A stretch of DNA of 64,000 nt. Origin: Monocercomonoides exilis PA203 (Eukaryota; Protista; Preaxostyla). The notes beneath the pieces are model-generated. The model was not told where the DNA came from and searched no databases. It was given only the letters and a program-made list of their open reading frames with translations. Positions 1 to 13,212 of the stretch are shown here, piece by piece. The stretch is from contig LSRY02000026.1 in NCBI GenBank assembly GCA_001643675.2, forward strand, positions 1,255,189 to 1,319,188, read 5' to 3'. How positions within the stretch are numbered: the stretch's first letter is position 1; each line of letters opens with the position of its first letter. A program made the position numbers and the translations under genes.

Positions 1-197
1 TGTGCATCAATATTAAATTCATTGTGTTTTGATCTGTTTTCAGCAAATTTTGAGTTTTTTTAAAGTTCAAAAGGTTTGCGTTCATTTCTAACTCTTACAC
101 ATGATAAACTTACGATTGAACATTTAAACGAATTTTTATGATTATTTTCACATGTTTTAAGCTATTAACAGCTGTACCGTTTTATTTTATGTCAGGA

Positions 198-1910
198 TCA
201 ATAATAATACTTTTTCAACGTTAATTTCAAATAAAACTCAAGGGAAAACAACGATTTTTGTTTCATTTCAATATTTTTCAAAAATATTTTATGATATACA
301 GACAATAAGTTATATTTTTTATTCTCTTTCATTTTTTTTATTAAAAAGGTGAATGATTGAAAAATAGAAAAAAGAAAAGAAAAAAACCAATTTCTTTGTT
401 CCAAAAGAAGCCTTAAAGGACTTGGCGTAATTCTTTTCGCCTTTTCTGGTTCTGATGAACGTGGTGTTGAAGGAAAAGGAGATGAAGAAGATGCAGAAGA
501 AGGTTGGATTGATTTCCACTGACCTGGTAAATACCAGGCCATAGAATTATCATCTTCTTCATAATCATTTTCTTCCAAATCAATACTTTTCGTTTCATTT
601 CTATCTTTATCTTCTTTTTCTTCTTTTTCTTCGATTTTTCGCTTTTCTTTCTTTTCTTCTTCACATTTCTTTTTTAGTGCGCCTTCCTTTTCATTCTGTG
701 AAATATCTGAATAAAAAAAATGAGAAAATATAATGGTTGAAAGAGTTATCAAAAAAATCAAATAAAAGATTATGAATATAAATATGGGTAAAGAAATAAA
801 TAACAAACTGTCTATTTGTGCATGTAAAGTAGTTATTGTGGGTGTAATTAACAAGCTCGGATTCAATCTATTTTTCAATTTTATTCGATATCTCTCATTC
901 GCTATTTGTCTTGCTTTTTGTTTTAGTGAATGCTCCGTCCACAAGTTGTCCAAAATACGCTGATTAGCTTCCCCATCTGCCCTGGTCAACGGATTTCGTA
1001 ATATATGAAAATCTGTCAAACAACAAGCCACACAGAAATAATCTCCAACCCTTTCAACTTCAAATGGCCATTGTCTTCGAAAAACTGAAAAGAGGATCTT
1101 CAGACGACCGAAAAAACGTTCCACGATGACTCGATGAGTCTCTAGCTCTAGCATTCCCTCTATTTTTGTAATGATAGCAGCCAACTCAAGTCTCATACCC
1201 ACAATAGCTGAGTAAGCCGATATTTCTTCCTTTCCAAATTGATTCAATTATTGAGGATAGTGATTTTCGAAGAGAGTGAAGTCATGAGAAGAGCTAAAGT
1301 TAAATGTGCAGATGGAACTCCTTGTCTTTACTTTGAGATAGACTTCAACATCTGCTTTCACACAATATGTGTGATGTTTCCCGCTAAAAAACTTCTTCCC
1401 GAAGTCTAATCTACCTCCAGGTCTGTTGATGGGAATGATTGTGCCGTCCAAAACAATTCCAACCTCCTTCATCACTTCAATCCTGTCAGGGCGAAATGTC
1501 AAAAACATATCTGCTAATGGAGCTCTGATATGAGAAACAATACTGTGAAGAAGTCGGACAAGAGCGTTTTAAGTTTCATAGAAAAGTGAGGATAATAAAA
1601 GTGTGAGTGTTGTTGAACCGTGATGAAGAAAAGTTAGCAGCAAGAATAACTGTTCATCAAAATTATTGATTGCTTTTTGTTTCCCTCGACGATGAGGAAC
1701 TTCCATTTGAAGAATGTGAATAAGAATATCAAATTCTTCTTTTGTGAATCCAGTGAGTCGAAAAAAAGAAGAAACCGGTTCATCAAAAAAGTCACAAGCT
1801 TTTTTGATGATGGAAATTTTTTCTTTCTTTTGAAGTGATTCATTCCGTAGTGGAATAATATTTCTCCTCTCCACACTCTTCAAAACGTCCAAAAAATTTA
1901 AATGTGACAT
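198..1910 (-). pseudogene. PIF/Harbinger-like (DDE_Tnp_4/IS5-type) transposase, copy H1, disrupted
   Basis: ATG at 1910 (MSHLNFLDVLKSVERRN). Fragments 1569-1949, 1248-1508 and 198-1247 carry GIVLDGT, FSGKHHTYCVK, SSHD and RVIVERFFGRLK, with stops/frameshifts. Predicted 102-nt phase-1 intron 808..707; tail exon has WYLPGQWKS and SPLRLLL. 3' end approximate. Confidence 0.85.
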
Positions 1911-4900
1911 TGTATAAAAAAAGAACAACTTACGTTTGATCAAAACCAAATATTGAAAATTTGCTATTGTCGATCATGATTCCAATTTTTGTGAACAAGT
2001 TTTTTATAATCAAATCAAACAATTCCACTTCAATTCAGTTTTCAAATCAAATTATTGAATGAAATAACATCATGTTAATTCCTTTGAGCAAAATTTAATT
2101 GGAATGTCAATTTTGAAGAAACAACATCTAAGTGAGAAACAAAACAATGAAGCGGATTATACGGGTTAATAAACTTTTTTAGTTCAAAAGAAACAAATCT
2201 TTATCTCAATCTGAACTTTCTTTTATTTAATCAGATTTTAAAATAAAATGGATTTTAATATCTGTTCCCAGGCATCATAGATATTACAACAGAAAGTTTT
2301 GTGATCTCTCAATTATTTCAAAAAACGTTCCCATTTTTTTCAAATTATTGAACACTAAAAGTCAATAAAAAGTTCATAATTTTTTATTAAAAATACATGG
2401 AATTTGTGATATTTTGCACCAAATCTTGATTATTTCTAAGTTGACAGCGTGATGGAATGCTCAGAATGTGGTTAGGGTTACATGAAATGTATTTCAATCA
2501 ATTAACCTTGATTTATTCTTTAAAATTGAGCTTCATTATATTCAGTTAAAATTATATGCAATCACTTTATTTTTATCGCAGCTTTATGTTTCAATATCCG
2601 ATTGTGATTGTTTACGATGTCGCTTTTCACAGAAAAAAACCACAAATTAATCAATTAATTATGGGTCAATATCACCATTTATTTAAATCCTTCAAAATAG
2701 TACTTTTTTCATTTATTAGAACAATTTTGATCATTGAAACACATAATTAAAACTAATTTCAACATAATTTTGAAAAATCTAAAAAAATTGAATAATTCGA
2801 ACAAAAAGTTGATTTTTCAATGGAAAATGAACCCGTTAATTAGAAAAATATGTGAATATATCTACATATTTGGCTCTGTTTATATATGGGTAATCATTTT
2901 TGTGATCATCCTTTTTTTCGGGGTAAGTTTATGATTATGAAAAAACAGTTTTCAAACATCAAAAATGCTTTCAGGCATCATGAATAATATCAATCATCAA
3001 CTTTCAAGACTACAATTATAATAAAAAAATGGTTTTTTTTAATGATTATTATTGGATTACCATTATAAAAAACGTAACTTGTTTGATATTTGTCTTTTTT
3101 GATGAAAAACAACTTTTACGGTTCGCATATATTGCATGAATGTTTATGATCTATTATGATGATGTTGCGCTATCCAATAGAAATGCAATCATTTCAATTT
3201 GGAATAATTTTGTCAAATGTTACTGTTTTGTATAATCGTGAACAAAAATGAAAAACAAAATCACTTTATTGTTTGTTTCAAATATGCAACAACACTATCC
3301 AATATTGCATCTAACTTTGCAATAAATTGAGTGTAAGTTGTTTAATATCTAATAATTCTCTTATTTAACCGAATATTATTGTTGTTATAAAAGTTTCATT
3401 GAATTCCATATATTTCTCGTTTTCATTTTTTCTTTTCTTTAAAAATGGCATTTTATTCTTCACAGTTATTATCGATTCGCAGTTAAAAAATGTTAATAAT
3501 GTTTTTTAAAAATATAATCTGTCTGTATTTCTAAGTCCAAAAGAAAAATTGTAACAATATTGAATTTGAGACTCATTTTATATAATAAATTAATTGCAAA
3601 CAGTTCTTTTCAAAGCGAGACATTTTGAGATAATTTTTCTCCATAAACAGAAAAAATAAAGATCTCCTTCGGATTGCATTTCTTTTTCTTTTCTTTTATC
3701 TCTCACTCTCTCTTTTTTTCTTCTCCTTTTTTTCTTCAGCGCCTTCTTTGGCCTTCTCTTCTTTTCAGTCTTTCGCTTCTTTCTTATGTTTCTCTTCTGG
3801 CTTTCCTTGCTTATCTTTTTCTTTTCCATCATCTGGGCTATTTCCTAAAATTCCTTATCTTTTTTCTCTTCTCTCTTCCCTCTTCCTCTTCTCTTCATTT
3901 AATTTTTCTGTTTTCTCTTTCTCTCTCTCTTTTCCAGCCGCTCCACAAAATTTCCTTGATGCACCTCCAGAAGCATTAATAATGATGATATTGAGTGCAG
4001 ATCCTGCCAAAACGGCAGTTCAAGCCTCATTTCTTCTTTTTCACTTTCTCTCCCTGCCCCTCTTTCATCCCTTCTTCAATGGTTTCCATGAATCATCACA
4101 GAAGGAAGTGGTGCATGTGGTGTGCTCATCTGCACCTGGAAAATGAATAGTTCTGGTGGCAGAAGGCCAAGAAGAGTTTGTTGAAAATTTTATTGTTTTC
4201 TATTTTTGGAGAAAAGAAGGAAGAGATATTGTATCTTCGTTGGCAGGGCAGAGGAAGTGAATTTGCGCGATGAGAGCGGCTTGAATAGCTGAGATGTCAC
4301 TCAGAAGATGAGATAGTGAAATTGCATATTCTGAAATGAGTCAAAAAAATTCATGGATGAGAAAGAAGAAGAAGAAGAAGAAGAAAAGTGAAAACAACAA
4401 ATATATAAGTTGTTTCATGAAAGCACAAAATTACTAATTAAAAAAATATATATTCTGACCCTTCAGTACAAATATATAAAATAAAAAGTTTCGAAAATCA
4501 CACTAAACAACTCCAAAAAATGCTCATATGACAAGTCATACATATTTCACATTTCTGTTCATCTGTTTTTGCCATTTCTCCTCTTAAATCCAGCCATTAT
4601 GAGAATTATGTGGAAACCGAAAAGTCAATCATATTTACAGAAAACTTTTGATGATGTTTATTCTAGATGACCTCAAATTTGAAGCATCAGCAGAAGAAAA
4701 AGGAGAAGAAGAAGATATTGGATATGCCTGAGAAGTTTTACTGTTCGGGGAGCTCATAAAATGTGGCAGCTTATCGTTCTGCACAAACTCTTTGCTCTTC
4801 TTGTTCTCCTTCTTCAAAATCCTCTTTTTCTCTTCTATGCGTCTCCTCAACTCTGATTTCTAATTCAACTTCTCAGTCATCTTCTCGCCTGTCTTTTCTC

Positions 4901-7302
4901 CTTCATTCAGCTTCCTCAGCTCCGCATGAAGTTTTGCCTTCTCCTTTTCTGTCTGCTCTTTCATGAACCTCTTCAACTTCCTTGTCACTTTTAATAACTC
5001 TCCAGTCCACTTTGCCATCTCCTGTTCTCCATATTTTATAGAATAGTATCAGGTACTGCTTCATAACAGACACAAGCTCGTCCAAGTAGGAGATTATCTC
5101 TTGAAAATTGACAAGTTGAATTTTGTTGACCAAACTGGTTTTTTTCACTTGGAAGGAAAGAGGTTGCCTTGGCTGCTTATGGATGATATTGTAAATTGAA
5201 AAAGTGGATGGAAGCGAGGTTGGATGAGAAACAGGGTTTACTTATATGTCTTGTGGGCTGCTTGTACCGTTTGTGACTTCTGAGACACATCTGCAAAAGG
5301 ATGAACTGTGATAATAATTTTCGAAGTATTTGGCTTTTCTGATTTCTTTGCTTTCTCCTCCTCCTCTCTCTGCATAATCTCTTGTTTGTGCTCCTCAATC
5401 ATCATTCTCCTCTTTTCTTTGTTGTTCCGTGCCAGCTTTTTCATTTGCTTCTCACAACGCTATTCCTCCCAGAATATTATCGTTAGCGACAACATTGATA
5501 ACAAGTGAGTCAAATGCAACGTAAGTTTCGCCTTGGTAAGTGTAAAAATATTGTGCATTAACATAGGTTTATACATATAATGCTTCAGGTTCGTATCAAT
5601 CTCCTTCTTCTCATGCATCTGCTGCTTTTCGATCTTCAGCTTCTCCTCTCCATCATCCACAGACAGCCACAGTTAGAAAACAAGTTTCTTTTTTTTCCAC
5701 TTCTTGTTATGTTTGCTTCCACGAAGCCACTTCGATTGCCTTGTCGTCTTCTCTCCTTTTGCCTTCTTTCCATTCGCTTTGCACGGATTGCAGTGCCCTC
5801 ATCTCATTCTCTGCCTCGTGGTGTTGAAGCTCGATTTCTGAGTACTTCTTCTTTTCTCTTTCTCTTCCTTTCTCATTTAATATTTCTCCTGAGCAATTTC
5901 TCAACGCGCATTGTACTCATCTCACGTTGTTGATCTCTGTGAATGTCTTTCCTAACAATCTGACAGAGAAAATTTGAAAATCTTGACGAAAAAGAATTGA
6001 CGCCTGCACCGTTATCGTATCGCTGATGCTGAAACATAAGATTATTTTCTTCTTTGGAATGGAGAGGAGGAGGAAAATAAAAGGAGGAGGAGGAGAGGAG
6101 GAGAAGAGGAAGGAGAAGGAGGAGAAGAAGAAGAAACCAGATTATTTGAGAATACAACTAAAGTTAGATCAGATGGAGAAGAAGAAGACATAAAATTTCA
6201 TTATTGAAGTTGTCATTAGTGAACTTCACAAAGAAGTTGAACACTATCACTCGCAAAACGGGAACAAAGTTACTTTCCTTGAAAATATTAATATATAAAT
6301 AACATTTATTCTTATCATCAAAAAAAGAAATTCAGATCACATATATGCAAAGAAAGAAAAAGAAAGAAAAATCTTTTTATGAATATTTGTGTAAATGCGC
6401 TCAAACAAAAAAACGAAAGAAGGATGAATAAAGCTTAATCAGCTTCATGATAAATCGAAGCAATATGATGTCAATAACAAACTCCGTTATAAGATTCCCG
6501 CAGATATTTCTGTGATTTGAACATAACATTCAAAAGCCATGTTTTCAATTGGATGCTCATCTTTGGACTTTCCTTCGCTCTCTGAATTCTGTTCTTTTTT
6601 TCGGATTCTTTTTTCTCGGTTCCTTTCTTCGTTCATTTTCACTTCTTTCCTTATTAACAAACTATTTATCTTTTCATTCAAAATCTTCTTTGCAACTAAA
6701 AGTGAATTCCAAAAAATATTTTGGTTAATATTGAAGTGTAATTCATCTTTTAGGCAATATTTTGAATCTTTTTAAGCGTTTTTCCGTGCTTCAAAAACGC
6801 TTCGCAGGCATTTCAATTTTCTAAAAAGAAAGCGTTACAGCAAATTGTTCAAAAGTAACAGTTGCATTTATAAATCATTCACAATTGATCGTTCAATAGC
6901 ATATTTCATTGTTGCAATGAAAACAAACTTTATGAATTCGCTTTTTGATCAATGTCAATAGATAAATCATTGAATGATTTCTTCTCAATTTCAGTTAATA
7001 CCAATATTATCGTAAATTCAAAGCTAAATCAACGAAAGTTCTGGTTTTTTTTTCAACGCATTTTAAATTACTAATCTTATCTACTTTGAAAATGTGTAGA
7101 AAACTTGTGAATTATAATTCAATATTAATATAATACATTTCTTGATCTTTTTACTGAACAAAAATTATTAAAATATGAATAATTTAAATTGAAATAAATG
7201 TGATACATAATAATAAAACATCAAATGCCGACATTTGAAAAACAGAAAAAAATAAAACTAATGAAAAATTAGAATTTCAATACTGAAACGAATTTATTAA
7301 AT

Positions 7303-7487
7303 GATTGTCTGCCCTGGGAGGCTGATTCTGGACCCAAAGCCTTCAAGGGACTGTGCCGGACCGGTCACAGCACAGTTCCAGGACGGAATCAGCCTAGCCC
7401 CATTTATTTCGCTCAATAGCGAAAATTGAGGTACCAGGAAGCATTTGTTTAAAGCAAATACTTAATGGCTTGAGCAGCAGACGAATC
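7303..7487. ncRNA. Candidate structured RNA of unknown family
   Basis: GC-rich island in AT-rich DNA. Nested complementary segments: GTCTGC/GCAGAC, CCTGG/CCAGG, GGCTGATTCTG/CGGAATCAGCC, GGGACTGTGC/GCACAGTTCC, TTTCGCT/AGCGAAA and AAGCATTTGT/GCAAATACTT, plus a possible AAGCC/GGCTT pseudoknot. Strand not resolved. Confidence 0.5.
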
Positions 7488-9444
7488 AAAAAACGTCATT
7501 CGTTTCAATATAAAATTCAACAAAAGCAAAATTACTCATAAATAAAACCAGAACTTTAAAAACAAATTGTATCCAATTTTTTCCTATCATTTAATAGTTT
7601 TCTTGTAGCATTCCCTATTTCAAACATTTCTGTTTTGCGAGAATATTTTTTTGAGGATTTTATCATCCTTTCATCTCTTATGCTTTTTTCAAGGAAGTTC
7701 ATTAACTCTTTTCCTCGGGAATCTTGTGGTGAACACACAGATCTGAAAATTTGATTACCTCGTTTCTCATAGAACAAATACGTCTTTATGGACTTCGCTT
7801 CAATTTTCCTCCATCGTATTTTATTTCCAGAAGAGTGCCTGAGTTTATAAAGAAATGAAGAAAATAAAAACAAAATTTTCATAATTGTGTCACACTTGAC
7901 AAAATATCGCGTTGTCTTTTGATAACTATCCGAGTTGTTATGGTGGGAATCATATGAGTCATCTGTATGGTCTTTCAGAAATTTTATAAGTTCATCAATA
8001 TTATTAAGTGAAGGTCCATTGGACAAGTTATTTTTAACACAGTTTGTCAGATTCCCGAATTCTCCGTCACATTCACTTTTTCCATGTTTACACAGAAAAA
8101 TGAAAGAGTTGTTCGTTTGCCTCTGACGGGAGAAGAGTTATCAGAAAGGAGAAAATGCATAAGCTGGGAATTCCGAAAGTGTGGCCCTGTATCACATATA
8201 AAATGAAGAGTTTGCTTGTCTTTAACGATTTCATCTTCCAAAACTTGTTTCAGACATTCAATGGTGAAACGGTAGTCGTGAGATAGAGCGTTTGAGAAGA
8301 AGTTAAAAATGTGCTTTTCTTTGTCTCCTTTCTTGTTAACAATGTAAACAATTACACAAAAATGTGTGATTTCCTCTTTTTCGTAATAATCTCGGCTAAT
8401 TTGGTTTTTGCAAATAGGAAGCGTCCAATTCTCTTTAAAGTCGAACAAAACCAACGCTTCCGAAAATGAAATGTTCTTTTTGATTTGATGGAAGTGCTGA
8501 CGTTGATTTGACGCCAGAAAACGATGCTTTTCAATAAGTCTTATTGTTTGTTGCTCTTGATCGTTCAATGTTTGTGATTTTGTTTTAAGATATTCTTCTT
8601 TTTTCTTCAGATGATTGAACAATTCACATAAGTTGCACAAGTCAGTTCGCCTGGAAGCCCTTTTAAGGTGTTTTGTCTTTTTGTAGAAAGAACTTTTTGA
8701 CATTTTAATATTCGTAGTTTCCATTAACTTTCTGAATAGCTGCGCTTTTGTTGTATTGATGATACGAACTTTTTGTTTTTTAATATGTGAATAAGAATTG
8801 TTTGGAGAACCATGAAAGAATGGATTATTGACGTTTGCATTTTGTAAATCTTGATGTCGATAATTGTGAAGGGTTGAAAAGTTTTGATTAGGATTTGTTG
8901 ATCTGTTTTTTGTTTCACTCAATTGGCTGGATGAAATCATTTCTGGAAAGAGAGATTGTTTTCCATTTGGTTTTGTAGATGCGGTTGAATTATGAATGAG
9001 ATGATTATTAATTGTTGTATTATTTGTTTCACAGTCTTTTGAGTTCGTTTGATAATTGCAATTAGAAGAAAATTCGTTAGAAAAAGGAAGAAATGAAGTG
9101 TCTATTTCAGATGTTATAGAACATCCGGAAGGTCGATTTGACAAATCAAATAAGGTCGATTTTTTGTGGTGATTTTCTGACGAAGAATGAACATTAGTAA
9201 TTTCATCATCATATATTATTGAAGGTGAAGTGGAATGATGTGGATTTGTTGTATTAGGATGAAGTGAATAAGAAGGATCTTGTAATAAACCATCACAATT
9301 AATGCAAACCGAACGAACATTTGTTTTCCTCTGATTCACTAGTGAAATATTATTTGAAAACGAACATTTTTGATGTGATAGTCCCAATTGAAACAAATTT
9401 GGTGAAGAAATATCGGAAACAGGAATGCATCCATGATTCTCCTG

Positions 9445-10350
9445 AGAGTAAACAATCATAAACGGAATTGAACCTTTGTTTATGTGAGAGTTTGTTTCTG
9501 TTGAAATTTCATTATTGATGAAGGATATTTCTCCGTCGTCACAAATATACCAGCTATCTTTGGATGATGTACATTTTGGCGATGGGTATCTGCTTCTACA
9601 CATTGAATAAAAATGACCGCTTTCTTTTGATCCTTGATGAAAAAGCAAGGCCACCAAACTGTAATTGTGGAAATTCTCTGTATAAAAAGGATAAGAAATC
9701 ATCGTTCCTTTTGATTCAGAAAACGAGATTGCGGAGGGAATATTAAATATTCTCTTTTGGTTTTTAATGTCGGATTCGAGAGTGAATGTTAAGATGTGAG
9801 GGAATAGATAAATCTTCATCGTTGAATATTGATTAGTAATTTTCTGACATTGGAAGCAGAAAGATTCTCTGTTGTTGGTATTTGTTTCGCTTGTCCTGAA
9901 TGATTTGTTTAACTCAGAAATGACATCTCTCCCATGAAGTCGAATTAATGGGGTGGATTCAATCATTCCTAATTCCAACCTCCCGCATCCGTTGCACTTT
10001 CTGGGGTAGCAGATTTTAGCTGACATTTTATTTGCAATCATTGGAGTTATAGATGAAAGATCGCTAAACAAATTTGAAAATGTCTCATAGCATTCACCTT
10101 GTTCACCGTTTTTGAGTCCATGTCTTTTTTCCCAGTTTCTTACGAAAGGCAAGGACCAAGATTGTGGGACATTATCGTTGTTTATGTTAACTGAAAAATC
10201 CAATGGTTGAACAATGTCCAGCAAACGATGCAAATAGTGTGAAATCTTCCCTTTTCGAGTTCAAAATCGTTCTGAGTGCAAATAAATAGAACGGAACACT
10301 TGTAGCATTGCAGCGAGATAACAAGTGTTTCCCATGTTTGGTAATGGATA
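9445..10350 (-). other. USP/peptidase C19 deubiquitinase domain within the transposase gene
   Basis: N-x-GNTCY-x3-MLQ Cys box, EQGECYE, two CxxC pairs (CNGC, CFQC), FPHILTFTL, YSLVALLFHQG...GHF His box, WYICDD, PFMIVY. Confidence 0.8.
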
Positions 10351-11350
10351 ATAAGTTTTGTTTTCTCTCTGTGTTCTAGTTTGTGCAGCGTGCTGATGAT
10401 TCTGTGAACAGCATTCGATGATTGAGCTGCAAGAATAAATTGAGCCTTGACTATTCTTTATTGAATTTTCACTGGTTTCGTTGGAATAATGCAGTTCTTC
10501 ATTTTTTTCAATCTCCATGGTTTCTCCATTATTGCTTTGCGATGCTAATTCTGATAAATCCAAATTTATTTCCGGTTCGAAACAGCTTTCTTCATCCATT
10601 TCACATTGAACGTCCAAAAGCGAAATTTCATCATCTATTTCCATGTGAATGTGTTCATTGTTTTTTGAATTGTTTGATTCTTCTGCTATCTGCAAATATT
10701 CGCTTCTTGTGTTGTTTTCTGTGAAATAATGATAAAGAGGATCTTCATCTTCTTCCATTTCTTCGCTGCAATTTATGACTTTGAAATCATCATCTATTTC
10801 CATTGAAGATTCTGAAAGTGATAATTCTTCAACACTTTTAATTTAAGAACCCATTTAAAAGACAAACTGTTATTCTGTTGTGACAACTTACAAATGCATT
10901 TCGATGATTCGGTTGAATTTTCATTTATGAAATCAGTGAAAACTTTTTCATCTTCTGGGCTTATCTCTATTAAAATGTTAATGAATGACAAAGAACAAAT
11001 TAAAGATGAACAGTTTCACATTTTTTCCAATAAAGAATTAGATCAAACTTCGTTTTGATGGGGGAAGAGCAGCCTTTTTTGGAGTTCGAAAATCAAACGA
11101 CGTGTACGAGCTATTGTCCTTTGCGTGATAATAGCTTCCATGAGAGCATTCAAAGCCCAAATTGATCAATTGCGAGAGGGCATATTCCTGGCAAACACAT
11201 TTTAAAAGCGTCACTTTTGTATGTGGATTTTCTTCTCTATTATACGCAGATGCTAATCGTAAAATTATATATAGATTTCTATCTTCAGTAATCAAAAGTT
11301 TAAAAAAGTTTGATTAATATAAATACAAATACGAAAAATAAAAACTTACC

Positions 11351-13212
11351 GGCAAGTTCCAAGTATATGGACCATCGATAAAAAAATTTTTATATATTTA
11401 TAACGAAATAAAATGGAATATTAATTTATTTAAAATTAGTTATTTTTGTCGAAAAAGTGTTTTTTAACTTTCCATTTTTCTTTTGATCTGTCCCATAACA
11501 TTTTCTTGTTTTTAACAGGTTTGAAATATTTGTTTATTTTACGAAATAAACCATCTTCGAACTTATATGTTGTTATAATATAATTAGAATCGATCATACT
11601 TATTATTGCTCATTCTATGGAAGCGAGTATCTGTTCTGCTTGAAAATTGCTCTATTCAGATACGTCGAGCAGCTTTGGTTAATAGCAGAGAAATATGCAA
11701 CAGTCGCATTTATTCCTTGAGAAACGCAACAGAAAGGAGAGTTGTGAAACCTGATGGCTTGTTGAAATGAATAGTTGTTGGTGCTGTTTTGAATGAGATT
11801 CATAAATCAACATTGGATGAAAGAATGATTTATAATGGCTTATAAAGCTTTTTGAATGTTTCGGAATGACAGAAAAAAAGGCAGAAGAATAAAATGAAGA
11901 AGAGTAAAGAAAATTTTTGAAAAAGAAAAGTGTTTGATAAGATGGAAGAAGAAAGATATGATGATGTCATCCTTAGCTTTCAAGAAAAATATGATTTTAC
12001 AAAGGAAAAATATTATTTTGACGATGAATTATCGTTGAATATTTTTGATAATTTTGTGAATACTAAAAAATTTGAAATGAATAACAGCTTTGAAACCCAA
12101 TTATAAGAAGAATTGCAAAATAACGAACCAGTTTTTGATATCCTCTATTATTTTGTGTTGCCAATTTCAGATTTGAAAGCCCAGAAGTTTATTATTTTTT
12201 TGGTTTCATATATATTGGATAATATTTTAAAAAATGTGTGATTTTTTTCTTTTTGCAACATACGTTGAAAAATTAAACTGGCTTTATTTTTTTCCTATTT
12301 ATCATTTATACTTCTAATTTCAGATAATATTCTTCTTAATAAATGTTCATTTTCCTTGAAAATTTTTGATATCTCTTGAGAAAACACTTTCATCCACTTT
12401 TCAAGTCATAACTTTATTTTATTTCTTGAGTGAATGAGCGTTTCAAACAAAAAAATAATAAAATGAAAATTCAAAAAGATGAAGTGAATGTTTTTGCAGA
12501 TCAATTATTAATATTCAAAATGATCTGAATAATACTCAAACAAACAAAAATTGCCAAATTCAAAGTGACTAATATAATGGCCTAGCCTAATAACATTATC
12601 ATCATATCCTTCTTCTTCCATCTTATCAAACACTTTTCTTTTTCAAAAATTTTCTTTACTCTTCTTCATTTTATTCTTCTGCCTTTTTTTCTGTCATTCC
12701 GAAACATTCAAAAAGCTTTATAAGCCATTATAAATCATTCTTTCATCCAATGTTGATTTATGAATCTCATTCAAAACAGCACCAACAACTATTCATTTCA
12801 ACAAGCCATCAGGTTTCACAACTCTCCTTTCTGTTGCGTTTCTCAAGGAATAAATGCGACTGTTGCATATTTCTCTGCTATTAACCAAAGCTGCTCGACG
12901 TATCTGAATAGAGCAATTTTCAAGCAGAACAGATACTCGCTTCCATAGAATGAGCAATAATAAGTATGATCGATTCTAATTATATTATAACAACATATAA
13001 GTTCGAAGATGGTTTATTTCGTAAAATAAACAAATATTTCAAACCTGTTAAAAACAAGAAAATGTTATGGGACAGATCAAAAGAAAAATGGAAAGTTAAA
13101 AAACACTTTTTCGACAAAAATAACTAATTTTAAATAAATTAATATTCCATTTTATTTCGTTATAAATATATAAAAATTTTTTTATCGATGGTCCATATAC
13201 TTGGAACTTGCC
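11351..13212. mobile_element. Non-autonomous foldback element with 615-bp TIRs and 8-bp TSD (Merlin- or MULE-like ends)
   Basis: Arms 11351-11965 and 12598-13212 are near-perfect inverted repeats with termini GGCAAG...CTTGCC. AACTTACC is duplicated at 11343-11350 and 13213-13220. Confidence 0.9.

Noticed and set aside
707-808. Transmembrane segment in the H1 transposase ORF
   Set aside because: It is a translated 102-nt intron at the position conserved in the other paralogues.
2470-2481. Telomeric TTAGGG
   Set aside because: Single occurrence, no array.
3590-6775. Short charged or low-complexity ORFs
   Set aside because: Fragmented, with no recognisable domain; probably decayed coding DNA that cannot be annotated by eye.
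7556-10233. Fanzor/TnpB nuclease with omega-RNA
   Set aside because: No RuvC motifs or C-terminal zinc ribbon are recognisable; the motifs fit a Sola2-type DDD transposase.
11615-12948. Twin 62-aa ORFs on opposite strands
   Set aside because: By-product of the inverted arms of the foldback element; no coding evidence.
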